NCBI GenBank assembly: GCA_002269645.1
Contig: NIVC01000073.1
Span: forward strand, 620,001 to 684,000
DNA length: 64,000 nt
Direction of reading: 5' to 3'
Origin: Macrostomum lignano
Lineage: Eukaryota
Of the stretch, positions 22,360 to 34,501 are shown piece after piece. A program made the translations under genes and the position numbers. The number at the start of each line of letters is the position of its first letter. Positions within the stretch are counted from its first letter, which is position 1. The notes under the pieces were generated by a model that worked only from the letters and a program-made list of their open reading frames with translations, searched no databases and was not told the origin of the DNA.

Positions 22360-25300
22360 CAATGTTGGGCAACTTCTGTTTTTCCGTTTCTCTATTACTA
22401 TCAGAAGTTACTTTTTTCAGAAGTGTTACTACTAGAAGTTACTTTTTTTAGGTAATGGACTTGGTAACAAAAGTGACTTTTTGTAAATCTGTTACTTCTG
22501 TTACTTTTACAATTTTTACTTTAGTGTTATTTTCTTGTTTTTATCTTTTTGTGCATATTTCATATTTGCCATTGTTTTTCAGTTTTTTACTATCTCTTTA
22601 GTCTTTATTTGTATGTTGTTCTATTTTTCTGTGACCTTTTTACATTTTCAGATTTTATTTGTATATTTTGTTTATCTGTTAACTGCATTCAATTTCTTTT
22701 TTGTTTTTTGTAGAATCCTTTTCTAGAAATAATAACCTATATTAGAGTCTGACCTCTGTTTACTGCAAGTCTGCCACTTTGCCAAGAATTTGTTGAGCAT
22801 TTGTTGAGTATTTGTTAAAAATTCATTGAGAATTTGTTGAGAATTTGCTAGGAATTCACAAATTTACACTGTTGTCTGTTATATATGGCATTGTCATCAT
22901 CGTCATTGACATCCCCAACCTTGAACCCCTAGGAACATGGTTCCCTTTTTTGAGCTACAGGAATTGGAAAATACTCAAAGTGGATTTCAAATCGCAGCTT
23001 GTAACTTTCCTGGAAATTTATTTATTTAAACAACAAAAAATGCAGGATAGCCACTAAAATAATTTTGTTACTGATTACGTGATTAATAATTAACAATGAT
23101 TAGTGAATTAGTGATTATAAGGGGTTATAACGCATTTTGTTTAGCATAAGGCCCAATCCCGGCTGGGTCAGATTTTTCAATTTAAAATTTCTAAAAGATA
23201 AACAAAAAAGCAACTTAAAATTGGGAGGCATTATTGTATGATGGGCATTGAGAAAGTTCCTAGAGTTTTAAAACAGTATTAAACACATTCAAGTTGTGTT
23301 TAGGGCTTTAAAATTAGTCACATATTTTTGAATTTTTGGCATGAAGACCATAGCCAAGCCAAGCCAGGGCAGCCTTTTGTCATCCATTGCTCATCCAAGC
23401 TCAACCACACCAAGCCTCACAAAACTAGTTGCACTCTATTTATATTATAATTATTATTAGTACAGACTTGTGTTTTATATTTCTTCAGTTTATATTTTGC
23501 GTCCTCTTTTACTTTTTCTATTACTTACTTTTTCTCCCTGTCAGTAAGCAGTATCTGAATGGCCATGGAGAAGCAGCAAAGAAGATTGAATGCTAGAACT
23601 CTTGGTCTAGGATATGCAGAATTGGCGAAGCTGCTATTAGAGAATGATACCAACAATGGAATGGAAAGGTCCAACATAGCCAAATTTACAGTAGAATTAG
23701 ACGCTCTAAATGGTTATAGGTACTACTTCATTCCTGCAAATGAGTGCAAGGATGACTGGAAGTGATGCATTTCGGTGGAAGTCTCAAGGAATGGATACAA
23801 TGCCAAAGTATATAAAGAGAACTGTTTTAGACATACTTGCCTTTCTTTTGATTAATGAGCATGTAGCAGTTTTTATATACAAATGGACAATGTTCCGTGG
23901 CTCTAAAATTATTGTTGACTTGTTAGATAGACTTACAGTTGGAGGATACTTTTTTTCAAGCCCAAACTTTAGGTTGATCATGTTGATTAGAATGTCTAAA
24001 AGACATGGCATTTCAAAAAGATTCTTACTTTACTTGGGGACTTTAGTGTATGTAGTGAAATTTTGTAATTTTCTGTTTTTCACTACTTTTTCTATTGAAA
24101 ATAGTGTGTAAAAATGTGATAACATTTTTGCATTATAGTCTGACCATTTGCATTTTGACATTCAATTGATTTTGATGATTTTTAAGCATTTTGAAAAGAA
24201 TTTTGTGTGGTGTTTTGTGTGGTATTCTTTTTGGCCATGCTGTTCAGTGCCTACTTTGTTACTCCCAGAATTTTAAGCATAATTATTTTTTATGAAAAAT
24301 ATCATAAATCAAGAATTTTTATGTATGTATGCACTTATTTACCTCCTTTACCACTCATTTGCAGGCAACCTAATTAAAAAGGCCTTGCTCCAGTACTGTA
24401 CAAGTACAAATACATTGTACTAAATGCATATCAATAGCATTTATCATTCTGGAGATGTGCATTCTGCCTTTTTTGATCAGATGGCAATGTTGATCAAATG
24501 TGAGATATATGGAAATAGCTTGACAAAGAATGAGTAATACTTTGCATACAGGAAACACTAAGCTTACTTTGCTTCTCTTCCCATTTCAGTATCACGCTGG
24601 TTCATTACTTTGTAGACCCCAACAATTGTCCTGCAGCCTTGATTTGGAGGCCTCAAAAGCCAGTAGACCAGGACGATGACAACGAAGATGCCCCACAATC
24701 TTTGTCAGACAATCAACAATCAAAGGCCAATTGGTTTTGGACTTGCCCCTTGACAATGAGGGCAATGAAGTAAGAATTGAAGTCAAAGATGTCTGCTGCC
24801 GTCTATAATCAATTTATGGCACAAAACTTGGCAGATGCTAATCTGTTGTATCTGCCTTGAGATCCCAAGCAGGCGGCCAATGCCAAGTACCACTCCTCAA
24901 AGGCTACTGGACAGGCAGATCAAATGCTGGCTGTCACTGTGCTGCAGAATGAGGTGCAAGACTATATCCAGCATTTCACAGGTCTATCTTACACTGCGAT
25001 TGTTGTCGGGCAGAGGAATTTGCTGGAGCAGGTGAACAGAATGCTGCTGTTGAAGGCAAAGAAGCTGCTGATGTCATATGATACTGGCTTCTCTGTGTCA
25101 GATGTGCTGGTCTCTGCACTTTTCATACAACTGCCAGTGTTTGAAGGTGACACTGTTTGAAGGTGGCCAGTGACCTACTGAAGAGACATTTTTGACTGAC
25201 CTAACCAACCTACCAGCTAAACGGCGTCAAAGTTCTGCATCGGTAGATATGGAGCGAAAGCTGTTCATTGTCAGAACTGACAGATTGGACTACGCTATCT

Positions 25301-26884
25301 AGACCCATGAGCGTGACAGCTTGCATGGCACATGCTAGATTTTAGCAAGTGTAAGTATCAAAACTGAATTGCTTGTTGATGATTAAAATTAAAATCTCAT
25401 CATGCATTCTCCTTCCTCTATTGCTGCAAATCCCCAATGCCTACATACTTATACTGGCATGGTAGGCTAAGTATGGCATTACGCCTCTGTACAATTACAA
25501 GGTAGACACACTAAAGGACACCATCCTGCAAGACAAACTTCAGACAAAGCTTGTAAATGCTAATAGGAAGGCAGACTCCCACATTCTTGTCGGCCCTCTG
25601 CTATTTAGCCATCCCTTTTGCCTCATCATCATAGACTTACAATTGTGCAATCTCATTATCATTGACCAAAAGGTCAGGCAGAGCAATGAGCTGACTAGGA
25701 AATTTGTTATTGCTGTCAAGAATGCTAAAGTTCTATTGAAACTATAAACTTGCTCCATTTTGACATGAAGGTCCAAAAAAGTTTGCAAAACACCCACATT
25801 GCTACTTTTCCCTAAACATCCTAAACACCCACATAATCTGTATGCAGCCAATTGCAACATCTTACTGGCTGGCCAACCCTGGACAAGCCTACATAGATGC
25901 TAGGGCACTTTGTTCAGAAGGATAGCTACAGCTGTGGCATTCTGGTGTGCCTCTTTGCGGAGAGTATCATTCATACGAAGCATACCATCCTGCCAGAAGT
26001 CATTCACAACCTCCCTTACCAGAGACTCCACATCTGGAATGCCTTGGTGAAGGCTACCATTGGCTTGAGTGGCTTGTGCTTTACCTGGGGCAATGGGAAG
26101 TTTTTTGGACTCAGCGGCATAGGAAGCTGGATAAATGGGTGAGAAACATTTGCACACAGTAATAGCACACATGTTAAAATTACATTCCCCATGCCCCTTT
26201 ATCTTCATCACAGATTGTCTATGATTCCTGTGAAGCCTGGCATCACCAGTTCTATGTTGGAATCGCAAAGCTAGCACCATCAAGGGTGTGGCACTGTCCC
26301 ACTTGCCAGCTTGGAAGGCAGACAGACTGATTGATGAATGGTGCAGCATGTTATACAAATGCACTAAAACAGCCCTTATAAGGGCTACCATTGAGTTGAG
26401 GTGAGGTGGGTTGAGTTGAGGTGGGTGCAGCACAAGGCCTGGAACAGTGTGTGTCCCGCACAATCTTTTCTTGTAGAAAAGGTGATTCTCACCTCCCCAC
26501 TGAGTCTTTGAACCGCACTTCCTTTCACTTCTTATAGATTTTCTTTCCTTTATAGCATGATCATCAATGTCTAAATTGTTAAAATATAACCAAAATTTTG
26601 AAATGATTTTCGAAGAATGGTATCGAAATTTGAAATTGAAATCAAAATTATTTCGATGCAAAATTAGTTTCAAAATTCGGAATATCGAAATTGAAATCAA
26701 ATTTCGATCCATCACTACATGTAAAAGAATATACAAATAAAAAAGTAACAGACTCAAAGTAATAGAATACCAAAAAATTACTTTTCGTTAAAGCATTATA
26801 GTAACTTTTACTAGAAGTTACTTTCTTTAGTACCGGAAGTTACTATAATGGAAGTTACTTTTTTGAGTAACTTGCCCAACATTG
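22360..26884. mobile_element. Pair of hAT-like terminal inverted repeats with AAGTTACTT subterminal repeats
   Basis: CAATGTTGGGCAA at 22360 and TTGCCCAACATTG ending at 26884. Each has ~140-160 nt of GAAGTTACTT/AGTAAC motifs. No TSD is recognisable. Confidence 0.45.
23559..26330 (+). pseudogene. Decayed, intron-containing Mutator-like (MULE) transposase gene: CG-1-like DNA-binding domain, DDE core, Ulp1-type protease, PHD finger
   Basis: DDW.SDAFRWKSQG (across a frameshift at ~23760) and LVHYF (~24600); MSYDTGF (~25075) and FIVRTD (~25270); ILVGPLLFSHPFCLIIID (~25590) and QKDSYSCGILVCLFAE (~25915); LCFTW...W then IVYDSCEAWHHQFYVG...WHCPTC (26214-26330). Many stops and frameshifts. Confidence 0.65.
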
Positions 26885-29783
26885 ATAGCATATTAATATT
26901 CTAGCTATGTATTTGTCAATAAACAAATGTAGGCCTCAGTGCATAAATTTATACATCAGCTTTGCCTTTGTGCATTGCATAGCACACACTCCAAAAATAT
27001 GCTAAAATATATTACCGTGCACACGTGACACCCTCCTGAGTATGGCCAAACTGGCAAAGCTTGCCATAATAAATTTGTGGTTTTGGAATGCCAAAATTGA
27101 CTTTGCAGAACGTGAACTGTGGCAGGCTTTTACCTGGTATGATGAAACCACTTGATAGTAATTAAACATGCCTAAGCACATTTGCATGAAAGAAACTGCA
27201 AAAGAACTCAAGTTACAAAATAGAATCTGGCTAGGCCTAAAAAAAGTCCTTTGGATAATCTGGAGCAGCTGCTTTGGTGCTCCACATTATAACTGCCAGC
27301 AAGGATGCCCCTGAAGGCTATATGAATATAAGCTAAATTCCTAACAAAACACAAGAGTTTATGCTACAACACTGCACTTAGAATTGTGGTCCAATTTTAA
27401 AGTTTGGTTTAAAGAGTAATTTTAACTTATAGGCCTAATTGTGCCATCTTCCAGGGATTGTATATCGAAAGTCTCAACTCTTATATGGATAGTGCTACGT
27501 GATTGTAAAACGAAAGAAAGCCCCACATTTTGGCAAACATTCCGCATCCGCTTCCGCATTTTAGATTTAGTAGATGCCAAATAAGGCTCTCATATATAGG
27601 CCAAGGCTAGGCCTACTAAAGATTGTGCAGACCAGAAGATTATAATTACTATACTAGGTCTACCCCACCATCTTTAGAAATAAAAACTTCCTAGAAAGTA
27701 TAAACTATATTAAAGCTAAAATTTGAGCGCTTACCGAAAAACTGCATAAAGACATGACTAGGGCCTAATAAGGCTTAGCGTCTCAGTGGTGGTGTGGTGG
27801 ACTGAAGACTGAAGTGAACTAGACGAGTGATACAGAAGACTTTTTAAAAAGTTTTTGCATTCTTCTAAATTAACTTATTAAAGTTATTTTTTGTTTTTAA
27901 AAAAAAGTATATTTTTTAATTAAGTTTTATTTACAGCAAAATATTTGAAGCAAAGTAAGCCTGCTTTGTTTTAATAATTTTTGGCTTCAATAAAAACCAC
28001 CGGTGGTGTGAAACAGCGCGGTCAAAACGCGATCGCGCCCGACCTAGCTTCTTTGTGTCATTCGGAAGGCATTATTGATGTTATTTTTATATCCCGAAAT
28101 ACTATCTCCGAAACTTAATATTCAAAAATTAATTCATCAGCCCTAAATAACAGACGCCATGACTTTCCATGCTTTTTTGAGTTGTAATAATAAGACATTA
28201 GTGGAAGTTTCTGATTCTAAATCTTGCCATAGGCCCCTATAGTCTAGAATAGATATATATAGGGCCTAGATATAGCCAAACGAAGGCGTAGCCATATGCC
28301 CATAGTCCTAAAGTAGGCATCCGCCAATCACCTTATGCCCATTTTGGCCTAACTAAATCTAGGCTTATATATAAGCCTATTCATCTTAGTCACAAAGGCA
28401 CTAGGCCTATGGGCTATGCGGCTATGTATGGTAGGCCTAGCACTAGCAGGCAGCCTAGCTTGGCAATTAGGCCTAGTAATAATAATATATTCAGTTGGGG
28501 AGAAAGTTCCCGCAGTTTCTAGAACTTTCTGTCAAACTGAGTTTTTTAAAACAAAAAGCCAATTAAGAAACAAAATAGGCCCTAATCACCATCACAATCA
28601 ATCACCTGCCATTTTTTGGATAGACTCATAGGCCTAATACTGTCACTGTAAAATTTCTCTGGCTTTGAAGTAAAAAAGTTGTTCAGCTAGTTATTAAGCT
28701 CTTCATCATCAGCAAAGGTTTTGTTGTTTACTTTAAGGCATTGGCTAGAGACTGGGTTTTTTTTTGCCCGAGACAAGGTGCAAAATCGCACCTTGTGCCA
28801 AATTTCAAGGTGCAATTTTAAGGCTCAGAGTGCAATTTCTCTTAAGTCTTGTTTCAGACAACTAGGAATATATATTTTAATATCTTACATAAGGCTATAG
28901 CCATAGGCTAGGCCTATATCGCCTATATGACTTAATAAGATTTAAAGAGTTATTTTGTTTCATATTTTAAGGCAGTGCATGAAAAATTGCTTAAGCATGG
29001 TTAAGCCATTAAAGAAAAATGATTATAAGATGGCACCTAAACTACACCTACTTTTTTACTGCACCAAGCTATTGTCTATTGACCTATTATATAAATAGCT
29101 AGGCCTATGGCTATAGTCTACACCTTGCCCAGTTGATGCAAATGACTAGTGACCATTTTATGGTCTATATACATCAAGGACTTGCGCTAACTCACGCGTG
29201 GTTTGCCGAGGGTCAGCCTCTACGAGTGTGCGTAGCCGGTAAATTAATTTGTTTATTTTATCGTCACCTTAAAATGAGTTGTAAAATGCAATATGACACA
29301 TAAAAACGTAAATTAAATATGATGTGCAAGCATATTTCTCTAATAAATAATTAATGTGTCAAATAAATGTGACTCGTAGGAGGCGTACTATGTAAGCTCT
29401 TTGAAAATGTATTATTTGGCATGGTTAAAACAAGCCTTTATTTGAATGGCAAGGACTAATGGCAATATGTTAAATTTCATTTTCTAGCTTCGTAGCATTC
29501 GCTGAATTGGCTGTCACTGAACTGACTTGTCGCCAAATTGGTTGTCGCCAAATTAGCTTGTCGCTGAATTAACTGGAAGCCTTGTCATCAACCTCGGAAA
29601 GACAACCTAACCAGGGCAAATGTATTTAAAAATGACTAGGCCTATGAATATGATTAATAATTAAATTGGCCTAGTTAAGCCTAGAGACTGAGGCCTAGTT
29701 TTAATATTTTAAAAAAATTGAGTTGATTAATTGACAATGTTATTAAGGGATTTTAAAAAAAGCTTTTTTTATCCTACCTAATA

Positions 29784-30732
29784 CAAAGGGTGTCCTTAAA
29801 GTAGTATCACTTTTGCTTACTTTCGTGAGTATTAATGTGTATTTAAAAAATTATATGCCTTGAAAGTTAGCGCCTTTTTTCGCTTTCATGCCACAAAAAT
29901 CTGATTTTTATAAATGTTTCCTACTATAAATAGCATGAATTTGTTTGCATACCCTTGGGTTGGCCATATAAATATACACCGTCACTGCATAGTGCTTCTA
30001 TGCTCACTTAGAAGAAAGCCACAAATAGAGCTGATCAAGCACAGAGTTTTAAGATAGCAGCTACAAGATTTTTCTAGTCATTACCCTAAGTTCACTAACT
30101 TTTTGGTAAGTTAGCAACATACTGCTGGCCAGCCTCAAACTGTTCGATCCACCTATAAGGCTATAAACTATTCGCTGATTGATGGTATTGGGAGTCAAGA
30201 CCATGGTTATAGGTTAGGTATGAAAACTCTACTTTGGGGGTAAGACTCCCCCCAAAGGCAGAGAGCTTGTATTTAATATAGCTTTTAATATATCCCTGCA
30301 CTATACATTACACTGAGCAGAGCAACTGAGCAGACCCACGTTACCATATTAAGTTTTGGTGAATATTAGGGCATTTCTGACCAAGGCTTCAGAGTATAAA
30401 AATTGCGTGTTTCTACCTTTTTATAGAATAAACATTAGGATTCATGATTAGAACAAATCTTTTAGCTGCTGTCTTAAAACTCTGTTTGATCAGCTCTACT
30501 TATGGCTTTTTTCTAAATGAGCATAAAAGCATTATGTGGTATATATTTCTATGGCCAAAGGTATACAAACAAATGCATGTTGCTTACAATAGGAAACACT
30601 TAGGCCTATAAGAATTGGACTTTTGTGGCATAAAAGCCAAAATAAGCTGCTAACTTTTAAGGCATATGATTTTTAACATATTAATATTTATAGAAGCAAG
30701 CAAACATGATACTATGTCTAGGACGTCCCTTG
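29784..30732. mobile_element. Tc1/mariner-type foldback MITE
   Basis: TA on both sides; termini CAAAGGGTGTCC / GGACGTCCCTTG; imperfect inverted arms of ~300 bp. Confidence 0.8.
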
Positions 30733-31413
30733 TATCAATTAGGTCTTAATTCCTAATCATAGTTTTCTAAATTTACCAAAACTCAGGTCTAAATTAACTT
30801 ATAGGAGGCAAAGGGCAAAAGGGGCTAACTTATATCATTGTTTAGGAAGTAAAGACTTTAGTTTAGTACAAAGACTAGAGGTCCTATTTTTTGACCAGCC
30901 AATAATGTTGAATTAAAAAGCAAATTTGAATAAAATGTTTTTAAGCTAAAATCCATTACAAATATAATGCCAATGTTAATATTACTTAATATCATTTTGA
31001 TTTTGATTTTTTTGTTTTGCATTTTTAAAAATTATTCTATGAAAGAAATTATTAGACCTAGGCCATAGTTTAGAAGGCCAAATGTATGCCAGGACTTGCC
31101 ATTTTTGGTGTACATCATCAACCTATATCCTAGCATATATGACACAGTAGAAACATTGTGTCAATGACAATTTTTTTGTATTGGCATAAAAACCTAGCAT
31201 AAAAATGAGATTTTGTCTTTTTTCCAGCATTAAACCTGGTATACACTAATATACAATCTAAACTATGGGGCCTAGGCCTTATTTACTTCTATTTCTATCT
31301 ATTATTACAGTATTTTTATTATATTTCATTATAGGCCTACAGTTTTATACTAAGTTTTCTTGTGCAATAAGGATATTATTATCAGAAAGGTATCCAGTAT
31401 ATACCAAAGCATA

Positions 31414-32868
31414 CATATACAACCTCCAAAATTCAGTTGGCTGTGCAACTTAGTTTTAACAAAAAATGTGACATAGTTTTTGGCCAAAAATGTGACTTAC
31501 TTGTAAAAGAAACCCTAAAGCAAAATTAATGCAACTTTGGGTAAATGGCAGGAGTAACTATGACTATCTTATTAAGGCAAAATGCCTCATTATCTACTTA
31601 GTACTACTTGGATATTTATTTTGGTAGGAATTTTTGTGGCTTACCTTGGTTGGCCACCAAATTGGTCAGCTGGATAGGGTGCTTTCACAAGGTCAAAATT
31701 TCACAACATCAAAAAGTAAATTATTTCACAAGGTCAAAACTTCACAAGGTCAAAATTTCACAACATCGAAAACATTAGCAAAGTACTTCATAACATAAGG
31801 TCAAAATTTCACAAGGTCGAAATTTCACAAAGGTCAAAATTTCACAATGTTGAAAACTCAAATAGCAACCACTTTCACAAGGTCAAAATTTCATAAGATC
31901 AAAATTTCACAACACTGAAAACCCTAGCAAGAGATTTCATAAGATCAAAATTTCACAAGGTCAAAATTTCAATGTTGTGAAATTTTGAGTTTGTGAACCC
32001 CCCCCCCCAGCCGGATCAGCCGACTCAGCCAACTGTTGCGCATGTATGTACCAAAGTATGTTTGGACAAAATTTTAAATGTATGCTATGCCACTTATACC
32101 AAAAAGGGAAATGTAACTTTGTAATATATGCCAAAATTTCAAAATTATACAATCTTAGTTTTATATTACAATAATAATAAATCTTTTTTGCATTGTGACC
32201 ATACATGCACAATAGTTGGCCGATCTGGCCAACCAATTTGGCAGCCAACCAAGGAAGTTGCAAAAGGGGGGCATAGCCCAGCAGTAGCGCAGCTGCTCTA
32301 GTGTGCCAGCAACTCAGGCTCGATTCCAAGTGCAGTCACATTAATTTGGGGCTGAATTGGAATCTCAGCTTGGCTCTGCTCGTGCAATTAACGGTCTTGA
32401 GAGCCAACCCCCCAAGGCACAGTGAAGTGTACATGCTTAACGATAATATAAAGTTAGGGCCGCTGTACACTCCTATGTGAGTGTGTGCCTGTGCATATGA
32501 CTGCGTATGTATCCGCGTGCTTATATACCTGCTCAGGGGAGTCGGTGGAATGGGCAGTAATGGCTCTCGCCGGTTGTGTGCCTATGTTGCTTATAGTGCG
32601 CCAGGGTGCACACAACCCCCCTGCCTCTAATTAATAAAATGCCTCTAAAAAATGCCCACCTGAAGAAACACCCAAGTAGTGTTACTAAGTAGCTGACGAG
32701 GCTTTTGGCTTAATAAGACAGTCATAGTTACTTCTGCCGTTTACCCAAAGTTGCGTTAATTTTGCTTTAGGTTTTTTTCCATGTAAGTCTCATTTTTGGC
32801 CAAAAACTACATCGCATTTTTGTTGAAACTAAGTCGCATGGCCGACTGAATTTTGGAGGTTGCACATG
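31414..32868. mobile_element. TA-flanked foldback MITE carrying a degenerate 16-bp repeat (31684-31985) and copy A of the dispersed repeat
   Basis: Termini CATATACAACCTCCAAAATTCAG / CTGAATTTTGGAGGTTGCACATG; inverted arms of ~200 bp; flanking TA. Confidence 0.75.
32392..32582 (+). repeat. Dispersed structured repeat, copy A
   Basis: Shares GCCAACCCCCAAGGC, TGTACATGC, AAAGT(T/C)AGG, GCTGT, GAGTC, GGAATGGGCAG and GGTTG blocks with copies B and C. Confidence 0.8.
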
Positions 32869-33319
32869 TATGATTGTGACCTTTGATATTTATATGTACA
32901 TTATAACAAAATAAATGTTATATCTATGTCACCTTTATAAAACCTTACAAGCAATCACACAAAGTTTTGATGCCTAAATTCTTTAAAATAGCAGTTTTAT
33001 ATTCAACTCATTTAAGTTTGTTTAGTGCTATAATATAATATAATAAAATAGGATATGATGGGAATAATAATAATAAAATTTGGCACTTTAGCCTCTAGCT
33101 TTTATCCATTACTTTATCTACTGCTTTATCTATCTCTACTTTATTATTATATCTATTTCTATATCTACGACTTAAGCTATTGCACCATTTACTTCTTTAT
33201 AAAATGCTCTATCTAGTGCTCAAAGGCACAATATTGTGGCCTGATTTCAAACTCAGTGCCACAAGAAAAAATAAACTATTGCTAAGCAAACTAGAATCTT
33301 ACCCATATAATCATACTTA

Positions 33320-34219
33320 CATTTGATATGTATCAAGTTATTCATAGGCTCAATATTAAATAATCATTGTCTTTATTTCTATTATCATCATTTTATAAAT
33401 CTAACAGGTAACATAGTAGTAGATAGAATAGTGTGAATAGGCCTACTAGATGGTAATTAGGCTTAATCTTGATTGAATATCAATTATTTTGAAAATATAG
33501 ATCTTAAGTCTCAAAAATCTGATACTGTCTAACCTCTAATTTTTTTATTTTTTGTTCACATTCTTTTTACCTCTTAACCACAACCTTTTTCTTCAAAATT
33601 ACATTCTTTAAAATTGGTAATTCAATATTACCAATATTACAAAAATAGGAAGATACTTGCACTGATTTTCAAATAGTATATATATTACATTTTGTATGCC
33701 AAACATAATTTTTAACATTTAAGCACACCAAATATACATGTCAATAAATTATGATAGGCTAATGTATGCCAGAAAATTTTGGCATATAGGACACCTTCCG
33801 GACTATAGGATTCTATTATATAGTTAAGAAGGATGATTCATAAAAGATGTTATAGCATCTTGATTTTCAAAATTGTATCTTCAAATTAGACTTTAGTTGC
33901 AATTTTGTATCTTAGCACTAGAAAAAACCTAGGTTAGGTTTTTTATGCAATATGGAAGCTATATAATATCTTGACTATAGGGGTCAAACAATAACAAAAT
34001 TTCAAGATTTTTGAGACTCAAGATCAATATTTATAATATAATTGAGACATTATCAATATTCAAGATTAGGCCTAATTTGCATCTAATAGGACTATTTACA
34101 CTATTCTATCCATCAATGTTAATATTATTACTTGTTAAATATATACAATGATGATAATAGAGAGAAAAACAATGATTATTTAATATTAAGCTTTTTTATA
34201 ACTTAATGTATATCGAATG
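33320..34219. mobile_element. AT-rich TA-flanked foldback MITE, ~280 nt upstream of the Akirin ATG
   Basis: Inverted arms of ~210 bp (e.g. AATATTAAATAATCATTGT / ACAATGATTATTTAATATT); termini TA|CATTTGATAT and ATATCGAATG|TA. Confidence 0.7.
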
Positions 34220-34501
34220 TATACTCAAATGGAAGAACAGAATATGCATTTTACTTAATGAGAAGCCCTAATAATATTTTTCTTTTGTAGCTTAATAACA
34301 TTGAAGTCTTATTTGCAAATGTGTCTATGGTGATAGTTGCGGGAGAAGTTTTCATTTTAGACATTCCACTCTCTCTCTCTCTCTCAATAAACGTTACAGC
34401 GAGAAACGATTCCACAAGCGATCGGATTAGCACAAGGATTTGGATAAGCATCAGTCGGGCGGTTTATTATAGTTATTAGAGCGAAGCGACAACCTGAGGG
34501 C

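Noticed and set aside
25900-26757. 285-aa minus-strand ORF
   Set aside because: It has no motifs and lies antisense to the Ulp1/PHD remnants, which explain the region better.
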